Origin: Eledone cirrhosa | Taxonomy: Eukaryota | Direction of reading: 5' to 3' | DNA length: 64,000 bases | Assembly: GCA_964016885.1 (NCBI GenBank) | Contig: OZ024740.1 | Location: forward strand, 139,438,001 to 139,502,000 | Part shown: piece after piece, positions 11,449 through 26,600 of the stretch | How positions within the stretch are numbered: the stretch's first letter is position 1 | Layout: every line of letters starts with the position of its first letter | Notes under the pieces: generated by a model | Database searches by the model: none | Told to the model about the DNA's origin: nothing | What the model saw: only the letters and a program-made list of their open reading frames with translations | Position numbers and translations under genes: made by a program

Positions 11449-12678
11449 GTTGTATCCCAGTACAACCTGTCTCATGGTCGGGTCGTTGGCGACTAAACTG
11501 GCAACCCCACCAAGGTTTCTTGGTGAGGAGGGTGACTTTGGACATCCTGCAGGACTAAAAACAAAACCTGTCAAAGGGCAAAGGAGCTCTTAAGAGTCAA
11601 TGGCCATCCAAAATCACCGGGAGAGATGACCCCTTAGCCTTTATCAAGGCAGAATTCTAGGAGAAGGAAAACTCTGATATAACACCTGCAACCCTGATGG
11701 TATCCAATGATGTTGACTTGTTCTTCTTTTTGGTAAATATCATGTTGGTTAAGAGAGTGGGACTGGCTTTGTGCAGTGCCTTTGCTCACTATAAAAGCTT
11801 CACGGCACAGGCATTGCTTTATATCTGGAGATCTCTCTGCACTTGTCCTCACATGGTACCATGGGCCCAGCACTATGTGTCAATAATTGTCACAAGTGTT
11901 GTGTTTGTACCAGAGGTTTCAAGTCACTGGCTGGACTAAAAAGTCACACTCGTTCAGCGCTTCGGTAGGGGTTCTCCTACATGGATATAAAGTAGTGGCC
12001 GTACTCGAAAACGAGTTGGCAGCCACCATGTATGTATGTATGTATGTATGTATGTATGTATGTATGTATGTGTCAGGTCACCAGTTGGTGCTACTGGTAA
12101 CATGTATCCCAGTACAACCTGTCTCATGGTGGGTCGTTGGCGACTAAACTGGCAACCCCACCAAGGTTTCTTGGTGAGGAGGGTGACTTTGGACATCCTA
12201 CAGGACTAAAAACAAAACCTATCAAGGGCAAAGGAGCTCTTAAGAGTCAATGGCCATCCAAAATTATCGGGAGAGATGACCCCTTATCCTTTGTCAAGGC
12301 AGAATTCTGGGAGAAGGAAAACTCTGATATAAAACCTGCAACCCTGATGGTATCCAGTGATGTTGACTTGTTCTTCTTTTTGGTAAATATCATCTTGGTT
12401 AAGAGAGTGGGACTGGCTTTGTGCAGTGCTTTTGCTCACTATAAAAGCTTCACGGCACAGGCATTGCTTTATATCTGGAGATCTCTCTGCACTTGTCGTC
12501 ACATGGTACCATGGGCCCAGCACTATGTGTCAATAATTGTCACAAGTGTAGTGTTTGTACCAGAGTTTTCAAGTCGCTGGCTGGACTAAAAAGTCACACT
12601 CGTTCAGCGTATCGGTAGGGGTTCTCCTACAAGGATATAAAGTAGTGGCCGTACTCGAAAACGAGTTGGCAGCCACCA
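11449..12678 (+). mobile_element. Two tandem copies of a ~600-bp non-coding retroposon with (TGTA)n tails, possibly RTE-derived; third copy 39972-40548 -
   Basis: High-identity direct repeat, common 3' end gagttggcagccacc followed by microsatellite. Confidence 0.7.
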
Positions 12679-13058
12679 TTTATGTATATGCAAGTATGAT
12701 GAATATAAATATATAGATCTTCTTGTTTCCTTGTGAGAATGAAAGTACGTGGCAGAAACAATTGAGGAGCAACGGACAAGATCAACGGCATAAAACAAAA
12801 CCCTTTACATACATTGTTTCTACGTTTAGTACAAGGACAGCTTTTCGAAGGGAAGGGGGAAATCGATTAAATCGACCCCAGTGCGTTACTAGTAAGTTAC
12901 TTTATCGACCCTGTAAGGATGCAAGTCAAAGCTAACCTCGACGAAATTTTAACTCAGAATATAAAAGACAGTAACTCTATACCGCAAAGCATGTTGTATG
13001 ACGCCCTATTGATACTTTCAATCACCCGCCCAAATTTCACATATTTTGAATATATATG

Positions 13059-13133
<75 letters not shown>

Positions 13134-13136
<3 letters not shown>

Positions 13137-14872
13137 AAAATCTTCAACTTCTCTATCCAACTTATTATGGAACTTAAAATCAAAGAATATAAATTGTTCT
13201 TTATCTTGGAATATTGTTTCGATGCACATGCCTACATAAACATCTCTTTATTCAAATTTTGCAACATATGCGTTGAAGAAATATTCTTTATACTTAAATG
13301 TAAGAACTCCATTAATTTGCGTAATAATTTATTTAGTTCTTGTAAACATCGATTAAATTCAACTTTTAGATACATATATATAAAATATAACATGTAATTA
13401 CACGTTTAATCTTCCTTACATAATGCTTACTCTATCCAAATACCTATAATCTCATTTCTTAAATTATATACATATATGTTCAGAAATTTAATTGTAATTT
13501 TAATTACTTCTTAAATATATAATACACTTCTTAAATTTCTAATATTTCTTCATATATATACCTTTACCTTACCTTTACTTCCAAAAATATCTAATAATCC
13601 TTCTGGATTGAATACTTGAAAATTTTAAAATGGTATCTTAAGATGTTTTTTTTAAACGTTTTTGAAATGTTTTTGAAAATGTTTTGAAAGTTTTTTAAGA
13701 GTGTAATTGAAAATTATAAAATTATTCCTTTAGGCTAACTAATATTTTAATATTTTCGAAATTAATATTTTTTGAAATTCTTACTTTCCAATACTCTAAA
13801 CACTTTTAAATATTTTTAATATTTTTAATATTTTAAATATTTAACTACTTCCAAATAATTCTGAATACTTCTTTATATTTCGAATAATTTGGATTCTAAT
13901 TATAATTTACAAATAGGTTGTTTCTAAAAATTTTCTAAAAAATCACTTAACACTTCTTTATAGGTTTTATAATCTTATTTTTTATAGTCAGAATGTCTAA
14001 ACTGTTTTAGTATATACTTTTAATTAAGTAACTTTTCGTAACCTTGGTAATTTTTCCTAAGTACGTAAGATTTGACTTACAACTGGTAATAAATTCTGGC
14101 TAAATATATTTATGTCAAACCCATCTCATAATAACTAATAAATAAACAAATCTTGATTTTCAATGTTTTTTCCAATCTAAAACATTATACAGTTAAATAA
14201 TTTATCATCTATAACATGACATATAATTTTAAATACATCTTTAATGTAATATATCCTTATTTTGGAATTTAACATTATTTTTAATTTATCATTATCATTA
14301 ATTTAGCATTTTTATCTTGTCATATTTTTTAATATAAACATAACAAAAAAATGTATTTACGAGATATGGATTCATCCCTTGATAAGCTTATTTCTTCACT
14401 CGTCTCCTCTTTAACTTATTTCATCATTACTATGCATACGGTTTCTTTTCTCTCTTTCTTGTTTCTTCCTCTCTCTTTCTTCTCTCTTTTTCTTTCTCTT
14501 TTTCTTCTTTCTTTCTCTTCTTCTTTTTCTTTTTTCTTCTCTCTCTTTCTTTTTTCTCCCTCTCTCTCCCTCTTTTCCTCTCTCTCTCTTCATCCAACAG
14601 CAACATTTAAATAAACCGTTTTTTTTTTTTCAATTTTTTCGGACAATCATTTGCATACTCACACATTACTTTGAATCACCCTCAATAAAAGTTTTCCACT
14701 ATCCAGTAAACCTCCAACCGTCAAGGTTGTTCTTCGGCGGGTATGTCAACATTTATAAAACAACAAATTTTGTATTTCATCTGATGAAAGCGCACCAAAA
14801 TTTGCCTTGGTTGCCCTTGAAATATATATAATAAAACAATTATGGTTTTATAAATATAGTTTCCATTTATTA

Positions 14873-14880
<8 letters not shown>
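13134..14880 (+). mobile_element. 5'-truncated PLE: frameshifted C-terminal endonuclease region and long AT-rich 3' UTR, between (TA)n tracts
   Basis: STSLSNLLWNLKSKNINCSLSWNI followed by FCNICVEE..SINLRNNLFSSCKHR. Confidence 0.7.
14773..14838 (+). ncRNA. Hammerhead ribozyme near PLE 3' end
   Basis: TTTCAT-CTGATGA-AAG..CTT-GAAA-TATATA-TA-ATAAAA. Confidence 0.75.
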
Positions 14881-14906
<26 letters not shown>

Positions 14907-14912
<6 letters not shown>

Positions 14913-15125
14913 ATGTATAATAAACAATACAATATAATTACCTCATTACCAGAGGTTTCCCAAATAAGACGGATACAAGAAACGTCCGCATTCGTTCGTC
15001 AGACAAGGTTCGTCAGGCAATTGCCTTGTCTGGCGAACGAATGCGGGCGTTTCTTGTATCAGTCTTATTCGGGAAACCTCTGGCAATGAGGTAATTATAT
15101 TGTATTGTTTATTATACATTAAATA
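14907..15125. mobile_element. Fold-back element with opposing HHR-like motifs (14935-15006 -, 15026-15097 +)
   Basis: ~100-bp arms; CTGACGA-CGAAT..ATTYG-GAAA-CCTC..GAGG-TA; plus copy core is CTGGCGA; stem I weak. Confidence 0.65.
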
Positions 15126-15209
15126 TTTAGCTCGGTAACTTACATACAGCACTCTTCATTCCTCTGACTTTTTCAACGGAAACTTCAGCACTTATATATA
15201 TATATACAC

Positions 15210-15560
<351 letters not shown>

Positions 15561-16419
15561 CGGACCCTCTTAAAATGCTATAAGAAAATGAAATACATGC
15601 TATGTGGTAAAGTCAGAGTTTCAAGAGTTTGACAAAATTAGTTGTTTTGATTGGTGGGAAGGATCAAGGCGGTGTACTGGCCTGTAGTGTATATGGGGGT
15701 GGGTGTGATGGTGAGATGTTGGTGACGGTCGGTGGATGAAATGGGCTGTGGTGTGGTGGTGGTGGGTTGGCATGGGCCTGTAGAGTATGTGGGGGTGGAT
15801 GTGATGATATGATGGTGGTTATGGTCGCTTACTGGGATGGGCTGTAGTATGAGGTTAGTGGATTGTCGGTAGACGGGTTGGCGTGTGTGGGGGTGTGGTT
15901 GTGGTGTTGTTGTTTATGGTAGTGGCGTCTGTGGTGGTGTGGTGGATGTGTTGGTGGTGTCAAGTTCTTACGGAGATACATAACTAGACGCTCTTCGTCT
16001 GACAAATACATTGTATATATGTATACACACACACACATATATATGCGCACATATATTTGTTTCTACGTTAGGCACAAGGCCAGCAATTACCCAGTGCATT
16101 ACTGGTACTTTATTTTATCGACCCCGTAAGGATGAAAGGCAAAGTCAACCTCGGCGGGATTTGAACTCAGATCGTAAAGGGACGTAACTATGCTGGAAAG
16201 CATGGCGTCCGACCCTCTACCGATACTGCCAATCCACACACACAAAACACATACGCACACCCTCGCCCACACATATCGACACACGCGCATACACAGCCAT
16301 ATGTATATATACACACATGTATGTGCATGCGCGCATGCGGACACAAATATGGAGAGTGGGGGGGTATCGGTGGGGGTGGCGATGGACAAAGATGAAGGGA
16401 AGGTGAGAGGCAATGGAGC

Positions 16420-17590
16420 TCCTTCAAACATAGACTGAAACGACCCCAAACCAGACTGGCTGACTTGATCTGGGACCTCAAGAACAGGAATATTGAACAA
16501 AAGATTTCGTGGTCAGTGAAAAGACGCGTGGCACAAATCCCCAGTGACAGAAACCACTGCAGATTATGCCTGGCCGAGGCGACGGAAATAATTAAATTAA
16601 AATCCGCCATAAACTATAGGTCGGACATAATTGTCAATTGCAGACACACCAGGCTGAACACCTTTTCCGCACAAACATTCGGGGGAGGGCCACGCACTAA
16701 CCATGACTCACCATAATAATAACCACCTCTGCCCCGTGTCACCATCGCCCATCTCAACGAATTTATTAATTTTATTTTACTTTATCTTATTTTATTGTAT
16801 TGCATGTAACCATCTGTAAGCCCGTATTTTGTATATTATGCCGCATACATCACCCCCACCCAAAATCACACTAACCATGATCCAGCATAATAATAACCAC
16901 CTCTGCCCCGTCTCACCATTGCCCATCTCAGCGAACTTATTTTATTGTACTGCATGTAACTATTTCTAAGCCCGTATTTTGTATATCATGCCGCATACAT
17001 CACCCCCACCAAAAATCACATCACTATACAACCCTCATCCTTGCAACATTGTGTTAGATCGGTCTCCTATGATAGGTTTTACCTTACAATCCATAGTAAC
17101 ATCGGATCTTGTAAATACAATGTCGATCATATCACACCATCGCCACCACCACCACACCACACATCGTCATATGTCTACCATACACACCCGCAACCTTATG
17201 CCCGCATGTCCCCTCTGTCTACCCTACCCTACAACCTCACGCTAAATTCGACCCTGTAAATGTACTGTCGCGCGCGCACACACAACCACCGCCACCACTA
17301 GATACATCCACATACTTCAACAATCATTAACATCATTAACATCATCAACAGATATCATCCCTCACTCCCAGATCCACTGTGTTATATCCCCCCCCCCCCC
17401 GTCTGCCTTACCTTGTAACATACCGTAACTTCTGATCATGTAATCATCTTGTCAAACATATCACCCCAGCACCACCACCACCTCCACCATGACCAAAACA
17501 CACATCGCCATACGTCCATAAACTCTTCTCCCCCGCGTTCCCTATGTCACCTTTTAACCTGTAACCCATCGCACTATTCGATCCTGTATA
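16420..17590 (+). mobile_element. PLE fragment: endonuclease C-terminus and C/A-rich 3' region with internal duplication
   Basis: SFKHRLKRPQTRLADLIWDLK..ISWSV..CRLCLAEA..INYRSDIIVNCRH. Confidence 0.75.
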
Positions 17591-17609
17591 TTTTTGTCGC
17601 TCACAACTT

Positions 17610-17971
17610 GTGACCTCTTCAGTGACTGGGGATTCTTTTCTTTGTTTTTGTGCCTCTCCTTTGTTCTGTCCTACGCCATCTTGTTTCTGGAGAGGCACAA
17701 AAACAAAGAAAAGAATCCCCAGTCACTGAAGAGGTCACAGAATGTGTGACGAAAGAACTTTGACAATATATAAACAACCATCTGGTTGTGGAACACACCA
17801 ACCAACCGGAAATTTATAAATTCCTAAATTTATAAATTTATTATAATAAATTGAAGTGAAAGCAACTGGTGCGTGTGTTTCTTATTGGCAACATGACCCT
17901 CCCAAAGCATAACAATATCGGTTTCAACACACGTTTTCAGATAAAGAATCTTGCTAAACAAATTCAGAAAC

Positions 17972-17975
<4 letters not shown>
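17610..17975 (+). mobile_element. Solo PLE pLTR with inverted 5' partial copy; HHR at 17722-17764
   Basis: 17610-17680 inverted relative to 17690-17738 and 4262-4335; GTCA-CTGAAGAG-GTCACA/TGTGAC-GAAA-GAAC-TT-TGAC. Confidence 0.85.
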
Positions 17976-18032
<57 letters not shown>

Positions 18033-18080
18033 TAAAATAACAGATTAAAGTTTAAGCAAAGGATCGCTGCTTTCAACCTT

Positions 18081-18113
<33 letters not shown>

Positions 18114-19648
18114 ATACACCATATATATATACAATATACCATATATGTATAGTCAACCGCGTGACGGGTGACGCTGTCAGCTTTCTTCTGTTCAGGGACT
18201 TTTATGCCCAATTAGCTATGTTTCTGTATATAGTATATGTCTTAATACTGGCTTGTGCGAGGACGTGTATAGAGAAGAAATATAAGAGGTAAAGTCTGAT
18301 CGGGTGAAATATATTAATTGAACAGCTAGAGAAGGAAAAGATACAATGACAGATATAGAGTAATTGAAATGAAGGCTAAGGATAGACTAATCAAAATATG
18401 TGTGTAGAATATAAAGGTAACCCTTTCTTTGTCATCTATATATAAATTTCTGTGATTCTGTCATAACACGTAAAGAGAGAGGAGTAGTTTGACTGCCTCA
18501 TACTACTGCTCTCTCTTTACATCTGCTGTCTGCGTGAATGTATGTGTGTGTGTAAAAGGAAGGCAGGAGTGGTGAAAAAACTAGCAAAATAGTAGCTGGC
18601 GTTACATTTGTTATGCTGTGTATGTGTGTATGTGTTTGTATTAATGCATGTGTGTGTTTGTGTGAATGTATGTTTGAGTGTAATTTTGTAAGTGTGTCTG
18701 TGTTTGCACGTTTATATTTATATACTCATACATACATATGCACATACACACATATGCGTCAGTCTGTTAAAAAAAAAAATCCTAATATTTCTAAATAAAT
18801 GATCTGTCTATGTTTTCCAAAATAACTTTTAATATAATCAGTAATTTTCAGGAATTTAGCAATATAATTTTCTATTTATATTCCAAGCAGCAGCTTAATA
18901 AAGATTAACCGGGTGCTTTTTAATATAATTAGATTTACAAAAAATGTGATAGAACAGTTTTAGATAAATAGAAACACATTACCTATAATTTAAAGATAGT
19001 TAAAAAATAAAAATTAAAAATTAGAAGGGATTAGTAATATAACTAACTTCTTCATTATCAAGCTGGTATTTAGAATAGAGCAAAGATTCTTACATAAAGT
19101 TATGGTGGCTGATATTTGGAATAATGTAAACACTTTAAGTAAAAAATATTTTCTTTTGTCGAGAAAGGCCGGTTTCATATGGTTTGGTCTCAAAAGATTT
19201 TACAGGAAGATGGAATAAGAAGAAAGGGGAAAGGACAAAAGAAAGGCAGAGAGAAAAGGAGATAGAGAATGAAAAGAGAAAGAAAGAACTATAAACATGT
19301 TCAATTAGTAGTTTCCAGATGAATGTTTGAACCGTTATACTTCATTTTGTTCTAGTTTATTTATTACTTTTTCGATGTTTTTCTTCTTGTATCTGTATGC
19401 ATGTGCGTATGTTTGTGTGTGTATGTGTGTGTGTGTGTGTGCGTGTATGCGTATGCGTATGCGTCTGGGTGTGTATGTATATGAGTGTGGTTGTGTGTGT
19501 GTGGTACTGATTTCCCACTTAAAAACATGAAGTAGTGGGTGGACACCCCCTGCTTAATAAACAACGAAAGGGTAAATCTCTACGTCAGATTACACTGGCC
19601 CCCTACTACGACACCCTTAATGAATCACACATATATGTGTTTTTCTGC

Positions 19649-19687
<39 letters not shown>

Positions 19688-20620
19688 CATTTACACACAC
19701 AAATGTTTATATACATATAGGTATATATGTAAACATATCGCAAAATCATGGAACGAATTATCACGTTCTTAGAACTCCATCCCAATATTTAGAAGCCTGG
19801 TACTTAGTTATTTTGAACCAATGGGTTATGGGATATATATATATACACCACATTGATTTTGGGAGCGGTGTATACGAAATCACACATTCCCATACACATA
19901 AGATAAGTTTCTGCACTGTTTACATATTTTAAATACCTATATTCTGTTCACAAAGAGTTTATAAGAGTTTATTAGTACCACACAAACAGCGATAGAACTA
20001 AACTCGCCTGTCAATTTGCTTAAGAAGTTATGCGCTAAAACCTGTTTTTTTCCAAATTCATAGTGAACTACCCAGGGCTTTTTTGTATAATATTAGATGT
20101 AATAGATAATAATCAAGATAAAATTTAGACTCGCTGTGCAAATTGGATAGAGGAATTGCACAGCAGGTATTATTTAAAGTGTCCACAAACACGATTAGAG
20201 TGAAACTGGTCTGTCTAGTGTAGTGCATTATCTGAAATGTACTGGATTTTAAGGAAAACAAAATTTAGCCTTGACGTTTAAAAAAAGATATACATTATAT
20301 TTTACACACACATATGTATGCGCACACACATACACACACACACGCACACATATATGTATATATAAATATATATATAAACATATATATAAATATATATCCC
20401 TCCCGGCTCGGACACCCCGTCTCCCTCTCCCCACTCCACCCGCCACCACCCCTACACGCCCCACATCCTTCCACCACCTGTTTTGCCCCATTTTAATTTT
20501 ATTTTGATCATGCCTTTATTTTTAATTTCATTTGCACCGTTTCCTCTCACCCCCTTTGTGCTATATGTCTCTCCACCACTCCCCTACACACCCTTTGAAA
20601 TCTCTTCCCACACACTTTTC

Positions 20621-20652
20621 ACCCGAAGAAGGGCTTATGCCCGAAACGTCGT
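20621..20652 (+). ncRNA. Degenerate minimal hammerhead (core CCGAAGA) in a PLE-type 3' end
   Basis: CCGAAGAA-GGGC TTAT GCCC-GAAA-CG-TC. Confidence 0.5.
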
Positions 20653-20736
20653 TCCCACCACCACCCCACTCTCAAGAGCGTGAAATTAATAAACCTTTGT
20701 TCGTACTGCCTCTCTGTTTTGTTCCTGTTCAATTTT

Positions 20737-20774
<38 letters not shown>

Positions 20775-21038
20775 AGAAAGTATGACCCCGACGGCAGAGC
20801 TCAAGCCTTTTCGACGGCTGTTTCTGCACTAATGTAAGAGTTTTTTTAGTCTGGTAAATTTAAAAAAAAAAAAACTCTTACTTTAGTCCAGAAATAGCAG
20901 TCAAAACGGCTTGAGCTCTGCCGTCGAGGTCATACTTTCTCCTATTACCCACTTTACTACCCTAAGTATTGAGTACTCTGGTGCGTTACGGTCCACCTGG
21001 TTCCTTACCACAACTCCTTCGTTATATATATATATATA

Positions 21039-21069
<31 letters not shown>

Positions 21070-21123
21070 GTATATTTATATATATATATACAGACACACA
21101 TAAATACATGTACACACACACAT

Positions 21124-21215
<92 letters not shown>

Positions 21216-21655
21216 ACAAAACTTTCTTATGTCAATGAAAACGGACAGGTGAAACTCCAGGCTAACAGAACTTGACTTGAATAAAACTGTTTATGTACCC
21301 ACATGCAGACACACATATTTATATAAACATACACACACATATATTTATATACATATATACATATACGTATGTGTTAATGAAGAACAGCTAAACTTTAACC
21401 TCTTACGGGTTAAACAACATTATTTTTCTCTTTCTTTTGTGTTTTTGCTCTTTTAATGCCTCAGAGAATAATTTATTTTGATGTTAACCAGATACCATGT
21501 TCCGTCCATAGAGAATGTTAATTATTAATATAATAAATACAATCTTGAGAAATTGTGTTTTGTTTTTCTTATGTTTTATTATTTTGATTTCATACAAGGC
21601 GATTTTTTCTCAAGATGCGTTGTTTGTGAACCACAGGTGGGCCGATACACGGAGG

Positions 21656-21833
21656 CGTTGTCGACTGCTGAGGTCATAAAATGCATACATATTTTAGTAC
21701 GTAAGGATGTATGTATACAAACACCCCCATAGAGGCATGTATATATATATATGCCTCTATGGGGGTGTTTGTATACATACATCCTTACGTACTAAAATAT
21801 GTATGCATTTTATGACCTCAGCAGTCGACAACG
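21656..21833. repeat. Near-perfect palindrome centred on (TA)n
   Basis: ~83-bp arms read directly. Confidence 0.9.
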
Positions 21834-21836
21834 GTG

Positions 21837-21885
<49 letters not shown>

Positions 21886-21946
21886 TAAATTAGCGAGAAT
21901 CGTATCTAGGCTTTGGAATTAGCGAAAAACAACTATATATATATAG

Positions 21947-22080
21947 TGAAGGCGCGTGGCTGAGTTGTAAGAGAATTGGATTCGCAATCGTGAGATTGTG
22001 AGTTAGATTCCTGGACCGTGTGATGCGTTATCTCCTTGAGCAAGACACTTTATTTCATGTTGCTCGTTCTACCTGGAGTT
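21947..22080 (+). mobile_element. tRNA-derived SINE
   Basis: gaaggcgcgtggctgagttg..., cttgagcaagacactttatttc. Confidence 0.7.
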
Positions 22081-22158
22081 GCGACCGATAAAAATATTAG
22101 CAATTGGAAAAACCAACAGAAACATTGTTTCCTCAGTACGATTTGACGAAAGTCGATC

Positions 22159-22202
<44 letters not shown>

Positions 22203-22689
22203 CCAGGGAGTGTAACTTGGAGTTACTGTAGGTTCACCCCGGTGAGCACTCGATGTTTAGGTTCACTTCAGTGTCGATGTGTAGAGCTAGACAATAAACG
22301 TAATGAAGGAGCAACCAATCGTCCTTGTTATTTTATTTCACTATATATATATATATATATATACATATGTTTCTTCTCTCTTCATAATGTATTATATATA
22401 TATCTATATATATATATATATCGACAGTCGATATAAAATCTAAACTATACTGGATAAAAATTGATGAGAACTTCTGAAAGCCGGTACAATGTGGTGATAA
22501 TATATTAAGGCCAGAGGATGATTTATTTTTTAGCCAGTATATTTCAACAAGATCTTTCTGGGTTGGACCCTCTTTTCAAGTGCAAAATAAAAATGATGCG
22601 TTTTCCCTTAAATGGTCTGAGTGTGTGGATTGCGCATGCATAAAGCATTAGTAGAAGCGATTCTGCTCCACGTAGTTCTGTTCTATTTA

Positions 22690-23650
22690 TTATTTGAGGC
22701 TTTTGTGTGTTACTCACTAAAATACCTTAACCTTACTACACTTCGACAGAATAGATACCCTTTTAACTTAGACGTATTGTCCCTCTACACCCCTGCTACT
22801 CCTCTCGGTCATCGACCTAATCACTGATAGCATTATCGCGTGAAAAATACATTAAATTTTCAACGTCTTCGATAACGTAGACGTAGACATAAATTTTGAA
22901 GCTGAGGGAAAGATGACAATAAAGACATTGTTGTACACCACAATTCTGCCCTTCTCTACAGACAAAAATGGCTTATGTAAGGAATGGGTGCTCCCGGATA
23001 TGCAACAAATGCGGCAAAGGTGGAGACAAATACACCAGCACGTGGGAATTCTAGAGGGATCTCACAGAGAACGGCTACCAAGATTATCTCACTAAACGCT
23101 AACATGCCAAGGCGCCACCTCAAAGAAAAATGAGGATACGAATCCCTAGAGATAGCATATGCTTTCTAAAGCTGCCGCATTTCAACGAGACGACAACCGC
23201 TGCCATCCGACAAACCATCCGTTTGGAGGGCCGGGAAATACAGCTGGCACTCTCGGGACCTTCCTTGTTGAGGAAACACTACAAACCCCGACCTTCCTAC
23301 CACGATACATGCACAAATCTTAACTGTCCCATCAACAACACAGAAGCGTACATGGGAGCCTGTGTGGTCTACAGGGTCACACGTAGACGATGTTCGGATG
23401 TTACACATACGGATCGAGGGTCACATGACAACGAGAGCTTCATCTGTTAAAAAGAACCACCTTGAAAAATGCCGTAACCCAAACATTAAGTTCACTATAG
23501 AAGCAACGCAAAGGAAGGTGGGGAATTTAAGGATTAAAGAAGATTTAATAATCGACACGCAAAAGCCACAACTAAATGATAGGGCAGAACTACATGGAGC
23601 ACTGGCTTCTATGACTATTCCACGCATGCGCAATCCAGACACTTAGATCC
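22690..23650 (+). pseudogene. Decayed PLE RT-thumb/GIY-YIG fragments related to 1784-2858
   Basis: LDVLSLYT, LKLPHFNE, CTNLNCPI..CVVYRVT, RIKEDLII..KPQLNDRAEL. Confidence 0.75.
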
Positions 23651-26600
23651 GATAGGGAAGAACACACCGATCGTTCGGTTTGTTTTGCATCGATTACGTT
23701 TTTATATAAAAGCATAATACCAGTCAACTGATTCATTCCACCAAGATATAGCCTTATGATTGTGTCAGAAATCATTATACAGAGCCATTAATCGCAGAAT
23801 CTATTGAGCGTCCCATAAATTGTCATTTAATTTGTTATTTCACATTCTTTGTTCAAAACTTTCATTCTTTCCATCGAGAAACAAATTACCAGTTGGTGTA
23901 GCGAAGGCCGGATATCTTCAATGGTTTATAAACCTCCCTTTTAATTTTTTCATATGTTTCCATATAAAAAAGCATAAAAAAATTATCTTTCCTACATTTC
24001 AGCTGCTAATTTCTTGAATAGGTAGCGGAGTTTAGAATAGTCACTGTGGCCTCCACCGCACCGTAAAGTCCACCTGTGACAGATGGATTGAAGAAATTTT
24101 GGATGGAAGGAAGTCGGTGCTGCGATGTGAAATATCACCTCTTGTGGTGGTCCTAACAACATTGGTAGTATGGGAGTAGGCATTGGTTGCTATAATTGGT
24201 TGGGATGCGACGAAGAGAGGGTAATTAGCTTAAACAGAAAAATTGACTTCCAGTACAGATATATCTTTAAGGAGCTAAAAACAATGTAGATAATATTTCT
24301 GCTCTTGAGGAGATAAACACATTGTGGGTGGCGACAGTAATTGAAGTATATTGATGCTGGCAAACCATTTTCTATTTTGAATTAGTTTATATTGTTGAGT
24401 TATATTGCTGCTATTTATACTAAATGAAGTTATATGAAGGCGCATATTTGAATGAGTTTAATGGGAAGATAGGACTACTGGTTTGGCTAATATCATTGAA
24501 AAAAGATAGTATGTGGAGTCGTATTTACAGTAGGAAAGGGAAAGAAAACGAGACGATCGTCAGATCAGACAAAGTAAACAATATCTTCATTATTATTTCC
24601 ATTGTTGGTAGTATCAGCTTGCCAGATACTGCAAAGCATGCTGTTCAGCTCTTTAGCAATTCCACCAATCACTCGCCCTTGGACTGACGATTTAGGTTTC
24701 AACTCGAATGTTTATAATCAGTTTCTCACCGAAGATTATGCCATGTGGTAAGCAATTATATAGATTTATGTTATTATTTTAAATTCCACCAAAATCGACT
24801 AAGGACTTCGCCTTACCAAGCATCAATAAATGAAAGAGGGGAGGTCCTAGTTAAGTAAAGGTGTCAATTTAATCGTCTATATTACAATCTCCGTGAAATT
24901 ATACGGTCTTGTGCATATGTTAGAATCTAATACGATTGTATAGTGAAGTAGGTGAAGTCACGTGACCTAGTTGTGAGGGTGTTGGATTCAAGAAAAAAAA
25001 AATCATGAGTTGGAATTCTGGATTGGGTGGTGCGTTGTATTCTTTAGCAATACAATTCATTTCCTGTTGCTTTTCGTGATATGACTGGGACCACTATCAT
25101 TAAAACACTCGAAAAAAACCCTATGAGATTCAAACTCAAACGAAGCCAGCTAAACATGCATAGATGTGAGTTGTAGATTCTTAATAGTGGAGTCGCAGAA
25201 ATAGTAGGAGAACGAAGGTTTTATAGTATTTTAATTACGCCTCTTTACTTTTCGACTTCAAATCTTGCCAGGGTCTACTTTATGATCATATAAGTACTCT
25301 CGATTAAAAACGTACTGTACATATGTTATGGTCAATATGCTGATTTGTAAAATAAATAAATAAATATAAACATAATTTTTAAAAAAAGAATGACATGAAA
25401 ATCAGTTAATCACATTTATAATCCAGTCTCACCTAAGCTGACCTAAAATGTACGTGTGAAGATTCAATTATGGCTGACAATTATATATAGTGTATATGAA
25501 TGTATTAAATATTTTTCAGTAATTATTTGAACGTGCAAATGACCTCTGCTTGTGTAATTTATTTTCAATCTAACTTTGTGCCGTACAAGTATGTTTACAT
25601 TTTCTGTCAAATACTACATGCTCTTACTTGGTAAATGAGAGGTAAAAGAACAGTCATAAAATGTTTAAAATAGCCATTACAGATGCTTATTAGACTTAGT
25701 GAATATCAAACACCTGCTGCAATGACTTGCACAGTTCTAAAATATCGTTGGTTTTGTCATAGAGATTGTTAAAATTTAACAAGAATAAGTGATGAGTAAC
25801 TCACCTAAAATCACGTTAAGATTATTTATATTATTAACTTCTGATACACTATAAACATCTTACCCGCTCACTACGCTCTGAGTTCAAATCACGCTTTTCA
25901 TCATTTTGAGGTCAATAAATAAATTAACAGTCAAATACTGGATGTCGACTCTTCCTCTATTTTCTTTTCTCACCTACTCCCTATTACTTCTCTCCTTTTA
26001 CAGGGATTCGTCAACTTGAAGAACTGCGCTGCTGGATCAAGGCCGAAACTAGGTTGTTGTGAATCGAGCTTCTTAACTACATGGCAATGCATGTCTATCG
26101 TATTAATGAAAAGAAAAAGCTGGATCACAGCTCAACACAACCTACACCACTACCGTCAACACCAACACTATTGCACAACTGGACAATACATACATACACA
26201 TATATACATAAACAATGATCTGCTAGAAATAACAGCCATATATTCCTTCGTATTACATCCTATTATATTAAATATGGAAAGGAACATTGGATAGTATAGC
26301 CATTGATATGCAATGCACGAGTGAAATACGGGATGGGCAAGTCTAGAACGCCTTTGACAATAAATCAGCATGATCAGTACTAACCCAAAGCTAAACAACA
26401 AACACACATGACAATGACTGTGATTTGGACAAAATGTCTTGTGGACTTTGTTCTAGCTCTCTGTGCATTGAATTCAAATACCACCGAGGTCACCTTTGCC
26501 TTTCAAAATTTCGGGACTGATAATATAAAGTACTAATTTCTGGTAGTAAACTGGTGGAATGATTAGAGTGGCGGAAGTGAGTCTTTGCCGTATTTGTCCC

